This document shows positions 59,667 through 64,000 of a stretch of DNA of 64,000 bases, piece by piece. A program made the translations under genes and the position numbers. The stretch lies in contig DAHVNA010000003.1 in NCBI GenBank assembly GCA_027319565.1, positions 1 through 64,000 on the forward strand, given 5' to 3'. Numbering within the stretch: position 1 is the stretch's first letter; every line of letters starts with the position of its first letter. This stretch comes from Elusimicrobiota bacterium (GTDB taxonomy: Bacteria; Elusimicrobiota; Elusimicrobia; UBA1565; UBA9628). The notes beneath the pieces are model-generated. The model ran no database searches. It was not told the DNA's origin and saw only the letters and a list, made by a program, of their open reading frames with translations.

Positions 59667-60754
59667 TGAAGTGGACCATCGCCGTTATTATAGGCCTATC
59701 CGTCATCGGCACGGCGATTTTTTTAGCGCGTTCTCAGGAGAATAACAATATGGATTCCTATCACAAACCGTCGGATTCGGAACTAAAGAAAAAACTAACA
59801 TCGCTGGAATACGCGGTGACGCAAAAATGCGAAACAGAACCGCCGTTTCATAACCGATATTGGGATAATCACGCTCCCGGCATTTATGTGGATATTGTCT
59901 CCGGAGCTCCGCTATTTTCTTCCCTGGATAAATACGATTCCGGAACGGGCTGGCCTAGCTTCACTAAGCCACTAGAGCCTAAAAATATCATTGAAAAAAC
60001 GGACACCACCCTTGGGATGACTCGCACGGAAGTTCTCTCTCAAGAAGCCCATTCTCATCTAGGACATGTCTTTCCGGACGGGCCGGGCCCCTCTGGGTTA
60101 CGTTACTGCCTCAATTCCGCCTCTCTGCGTTTTATTCCGCTCGCGGACATGGAAAAAGAAGGATATGGGAAATATCTGCCGGCTTTTGAAAAAGCGGGGC
60201 TTTGGCCGATTAAACCCGCTTCAAAAAAGGAATCTCTTGAAACCGTCGATCTTGCCGGAGGATGCTTTTGGGGCATGCAAGAAATTCTGCGAAAAATCCC
60301 CGGAGTGGTTAAAACCGAGGTCGGCTATGAAGGCGGGCATACTCCCAATGCCACTTATGAAGAAGTCCACACTGGAAAAACCGGCCATGCGGAAACGGTT
60401 CGCGTCGTTTTCGATCCCAAGCGGCTCAGCTTTTCCGAATTATTAGGCTACTTTTTCCGAATGCACGACCCTACGACTATTAATCAGCAGGGCAATGACG
60501 TCGGAACTCAGTACCGCTCGGCTATTTTCTATCACAGCGAAAAACAGCGCGAAATAGCCGAAAAAGTGAAAAAAGAGGTAGAAGATTCCCATCAATGGCC
60601 ACGGCCCTTGACCACTGAAATCGCTCCCGCCGGGCCTTTTTGGCGCGCGGAAGATTACCATCAAGACTATCTCATCAAGCATCCGCATGGATACACCTGC
60701 CACTTTCTCAGAGTGCCGGTTCAAGATTACCCAAAATTTAAAAATCCCACGTAA
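59666..60754 (+). CDS. msrAB: Bifunctional methionine sulfoxide reductase, MsrB-MsrA order, with signal/anchor
   Basis: [20 protein letters not shown] (MsrB); [20 protein letters not shown] (MsrA). Confidence 0.93.
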   Translation: MKWTIAVIIGLSVIGTAIFLARSQENNNMDSYHKPSDSELKKKLTSLEYAVTQKCETEPPFHNRYWDNHAPGIYVDIVSGAPLFSSLDKYDSGTGWPSFTKPLEPKNIIEKTDTTLGMTRTEVLSQEAHSHLGHVFPDGPGPSGLRYCLNSASLRFIPLADMEKEGYGKYLPAFEKAGLWPIKPASKKESLETVDLAGGCFWGMQEILRKIPGVVKTEVGYEGGHTPNATYEEVHTGKTGHAETVRVVFDPKRLSFSELLGYFFRMHDPTTINQQGNDVGTQYRSAIFYHSEKQREIAEKVKKEVEDSHQWPRPLTTEIAPAGPFWRAEDYHQDYLIKHPHGYTCHFLRVPVQDYPKFKNPT

Positions 60755-60770
60755 AACGAAGTTTTTTTAA

Positions 60771-61649
60771 TTATCGGGACGGCGAACGCGCGAACAGTAT
60801 CCACCCCCGCGTGTCAATTTGATATCCCAATGGTAAAAGCATCGCTTTGATCCCTTCCCTCTGTTCCGGAATCTCGACTTCCATAACGATATTGGGCTTA
60901 TATCGGCTCAAGAGAGCGGCCGCACCTTTTAAGACTTCATAGGTGCTTCCTTCAACATCAATCTTGAGCAAATCCGGCCCGATCCTCAACTCATGGGACA
61001 CCGCATCCAAAGTCGAAACGGGAACTTCAACAGAATTTCCCTCAGCGGCAGGTAAAAGCAATGAATGCCCGCCGGACATCAATCGGCTACAGTAAAGATT
61101 CGCCCGACCAATGTTATCTGAAATCGCGACGGGAAGAGTAACGACGTTAGAAAAGTTATTCCGTGATATATTACCTTTCAAGAGCTTAAAATTCCAGGGT
61201 TCTGGCTCCATTGAAACGACTTTTCCGCCGTCAGCCCTACGAGCGGCTAATCCCGTAAACACACCCTGTTGGGCTCCGACGTCAAATATAATTTGGCGGG
61301 GGCTAATCTCAAACCTTCCACCGGGACCGATTTCGTACATATCGTCTTCATAAAGCTCTTTGAGAATCATAAAAGAGGTCATCAGATCGATATGGAAATC
61401 CGTCCCATCGGGCAAAATAGCCCGCACGAGGCGGTTGCTCAACCCATACAACCCTAAGAACTCCATGGCGGCACCGTGAGCCGACAAAGGATCCGTTCCC
61501 CGCCCAGGATGAATATATCGAGCCCAAAGATAACTTCCCCAATAAGCGCTGGCATAAAGGAGCCTTGGCAGCCGAGAGCCCCCTATTTTCAGTTGGAACC
61601 GATAGCTATTGATGATGTTATCAGCCGCTTCTCGGAAAGGCATTGGCAA
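60771..61649 (-). CDS. FkbM-family SAM methyltransferase
   Basis: FDVGAQQG, MEP, TLD, LKIDVEG. Confidence 0.85.
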   Translation of the reverse strand: MPMPFREAADNIINSYRFQLKIGGSRLPRLLYASAYWGSYLWARYIHPGRGTDPLSAHGAAMEFLGLYGLSNRLVRAILPDGTDFHIDLMTSFMILKELYEDDMYEIGPGGRFEISPRQIIFDVGAQQGVFTGLAARRADGGKVVSMEPEPWNFKLLKGNISRNNFSNVVTLPVAISDNIGRANLYCSRLMSGGHSLLLPAAEGNSVEVPVSTLDAVSHELRIGPDLLKIDVEGSTYEVLKGAAALLSRYKPNIVMEVEIPEQREGIKAMLLPLGYQIDTRGWILFARSPSR

Positions 61650-61664
61650 TAGTCTCTACGCTAT

Positions 61665-61697
61665 AAAACGGCCCGCCTAAAACTTTAGGCGGGCCGT
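61665..61697 (-). terminator. Intrinsic terminator after ahpC
   Basis: 13 bp stem ACGGCCCGCCTAA/TTAGGCGGGCCGT, T-run on the minus strand. Confidence 0.85.
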
Positions 61698-61711
61698 CGG
61701 TTTGGCTTAGT

Positions 61712-62299
61712 TTAAGCCGCGACCTTGAAATACTCTTTCGATTTGACCGGATCGGCCTTCATCGTCTTTTTGCCATCATCCCAGTTAGCCGGGCAAACCT
61801 CGCCGGTTTTTTCGACTTGCTGGAAGGCTTTAAGAACCCGAAGAGTCTCATCCACGCTGCGGCCCACCGATAAATCATGGACCACGCTATAAGCCACCAT
61901 TGCCTTGGGATTAATCAGGAACAGACCCCGCAGGGCCACCCCGCCTTCGCTGAGAACTCCATAATCCTGGGCGATTTTCTTTTGGATATCAGACAGAAGC
62001 GGGTAATGGATTTCACCAAGACCGCCGTCTTTTCTGTCCGTATTCACCCACGCGAGATGGGTAAACTGACTGTCAATCGAGCAACCGAGAATCTCGCACC
62101 CCAGCTTTTTGAAGTCTTCCACGCGATCGCTAAAGGCCGTAATCTCGGTAGGACAGACAAAAGTAAAATCAAGCGGATAAAAGAAAAGAATCAGCCACTT
62201 CCCTTTATAATCCGACAATTTCACTTCCTTAAACAGTTTCCCTGTCAAGGCCATAGCCTTAAAATCAGGGGCCGGCTTTTGAACTAAAGAATCTCCCAT
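61712..62299 (-). CDS. ahpC: Typical 2-Cys peroxiredoxin
   Basis: [13 protein letters not shown] and [15 protein letters not shown]. Confidence 0.95.
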   Translation of the reverse strand: MGDSLVQKPAPDFKAMALTGKLFKEVKLSDYKGKWLILFFYPLDFTFVCPTEITAFSDRVEDFKKLGCEILGCSIDSQFTHLAWVNTDRKDGGLGEIHYPLLSDIQKKIAQDYGVLSEGGVALRGLFLINPKAMVAYSVVHDLSVGRSVDETLRVLKAFQQVEKTGEVCPANWDDGKKTMKADPVKSKEYFKVAA

Positions 62300-62441
62300 G
62301 TTTGAATCCTCCTTTTCCCCATGATACAAAAAATAGCCTGTTTTAAGGGATGGGCAAAATTTAGTTTAATTGACGGATGGAAAACAGGCCGGAAAGGAGC
62401 GGCCTTTCTTGGTTGATGGCATCCTTATTAGCCCCTCTCCT

Positions 62442-64000
62442 GTGATTTCTCTTATCTTTTCTATTCTCCTTTTAGGAACTCCCAAAACATTCGCGGCGGT
62501 ATCCGCCTCCTCGACGACCTTGCCCGTGGTTCTTTCAAGTTCAAGCCTGAAAACCTCCTTAAAGACATCTTCTTCCACCATCCGCCCCGATTCCATCCTG
62601 GCAGAAGCAGATACGGGGTATGCGCTCCCTTCTCCGCCCAAGATATCCACCGATGAAACCTTGACGATTTTCGAAGCTGATGAGGTGGATTATTCTAGTC
62701 CTGTCATCCATATGAAGGGCAATATCGTCATCCACCAATCCACGCGAACCATCAAAGCCGATCAGCTGTGGATTAATCAGAAGACCAATATCGGGACCTC
62801 AAAAGGATTTCTCATCATCAAGGATTCCGGATCGGCTATTAGCGGAAATCCCGGAAAATACGATTTTGCGACCGAGACCGGAACCCTGATTCACGCTTCA
62901 GCGGGATATGGCTATTGGCGAGTCCATGGGGCGACCGCGACTCTTCAGCCCGGGCAAAAAGCCATTTATCAAGACGCGGATTTTACCAGCTGCAATGTTT
63001 ATCCCAATCCGGATTATCATTTTCACTCAACTCATCTTTTGGTCGTCCCCAATAAGTATCTGTTGGGGTACAATACGACCTTTTGTCTCGGTAAAACGCC
63101 GCTATTTTATATGCCCTTTTTTTACAAATCGCTGGTTCCCAAAAACAAGCAAAATGGAACCTTTCATATCACCTCCGACCCCGGATACGACTACCGCAAC
63201 GGATATTTTTTAAAGAACATGGCCGAAGAAGACTGGAGTAAAACCTTTCAGACCAAGGAATTTTTGGATTATTATTCAAACGAAGGCGTCGGCATAGGAG
63301 GTGAAATAGACCATCACGAGAGCAAAAATCAACGGGGTTCCCTCTATTTTTATACGATTCATGAAAATCCACCCAAAACCGTCGGCGGAAATCTCATCTC
63401 AAGCGGACTCCAGAGATGGGGCGTCTATGGAGACGAATACGATCAATTAACCAGTTCCCTGTCTTTCCAAGCCCGTATTCAAGCCCAGTCCGATCAGAAC
63501 TTTAACAATGACTATGCCCGCTCCAATCTCTATCCGGTGGCCAACCAACTCATCAACAGCAGCGCCTTGGTCTACCGTCAAGCCAAATATTTCGCACGGG
63601 TCAGCTATTCACGGGTAGACAACGCTTATAATCCCAACGGCGTCAACGGCGGAGGGTTTCAGACTTATTCCGAAAGCGCGCCCCGCTTTGATTTTCAAAC
63701 CGTGCCCTTGAAATTCAAACATGATCCTCTCATCAACACCTTTAGCGCCTTTGAAGACAATACAACGCAACAGGGGCAACCTTTCTTGCAACATTCAGCT
63801 GGAATTAACTGGCAAGGCTCGAATGTCTACCGCATGGGCTGCGGGGTCAATTTTACCCCCACCTTTCAATATTCAAGCACCTATTACAGCAAAACCAATC
63901 CTTATAATCAAATAAGCAATTATGCGACAACCAACCCGACCGCCATTTCAACCAATGTATTCATCAACGATTATTCCGCCTCCGGGGATCTGCGTCTTCC
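62442..64000 (+). CDS. lptD: LptD-like LPS assembly outer-membrane protein, N-terminal part (runs off window; absent from ORF track)
   Basis: Hand translation from GTG 62442: signal peptide, FEADEVDY...KGNIVI...IKADQL, FTSCN...YHF...PLFYMPF; start codon uncertain. Confidence 0.78.
   Translation, partial: MISLIFSILLLGTPKTFAAVSASSTTLPVVLSSSSLKTSLKTSSSTIRPDSILAEADTGYALPSPPKISTDETLTIFEADEVDYSSPVIHMKGNIVIHQSTRTIKADQLWINQKTNIGTSKGFLIIKDSGSAISGNPGKYDFATETGTLIHASAGYGYWRVHGATATLQPGQKAIYQDADFTSCNVYPNPDYHFHSTHLLVVPNKYLLGYNTTFCLGKTPLFYMPFFYKSLVPKNKQNGTFHITSDPGYDYRNGYFLKNMAEEDWSKTFQTKEFLDYYSNEGVGIGGEIDHHESKNQRGSLYFYTIHENPPKTVGGNLISSGLQRWGVYGDEYDQLTSSLSFQARIQAQSDQNFNNDYARSNLYPVANQLINSSALVYRQAKYFARVSYSRVDNAYNPNGVNGGGFQTYSESAPRFDFQTVPLKFKHDPLINTFSAFEDNTTQQGQPFLQHSAGINWQGSNVYRMGCGVNFTPTFQYSSTYYSKTNPYNQISNYATTNPTAISTNVFINDYSASGDLRL

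Noticed and set aside
62366..63915. Short ORFs listed at the window end
   Set aside because: They are shadows of the lptD-like frame, which the track missed because it has no stop inside the window

Overview
Gene-dense chromosomal window from a diderm bacterium (LptD, TolC, a porin, ExbB/ExbD/TonB). Lineage cannot be fixed from sequence alone; Elusimicrobiota is a weak guess. In order: uvrA 3' end; korA-korB-sucC-sucD; a decayed patch (internally deleted AAA/DUF4143 ATPase, truncated response regulator); thrS coupled to a giant TPR-exbB-exbD-exbD-tonB-OmpA-like operon; an ECF sigma/anti-sigma pair. Next is a ~17 kb block (19.1-36.4 kb) that looks like a self-contained sigma54 regulon. It encodes its own short, divergent RpoN, a PAS-PAS kinase and an NtrC-type activator with no DNA-binding domain. 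Four -24/-12 motifs sharing GG-N6-TGTTGC precede cytochrome c + porin, YceI/SRPBCC/kinase, USP/hemerythrin/CBS and nucleotidyltransferase/hemerythrin genes. After that: an ACP-less fab-like cluster, lipid catabolism genes, perR-dps-ccp, gap-arginase-pgk-ccsB-ccsA-hemA-M16 peptidase, msrBA, ahpC and the start of lptD. Many genes look leaderless. No rRNA, tRNA, CRISPR array or transposase was recognised. All calls come from reading motifs by eye, with no database search.
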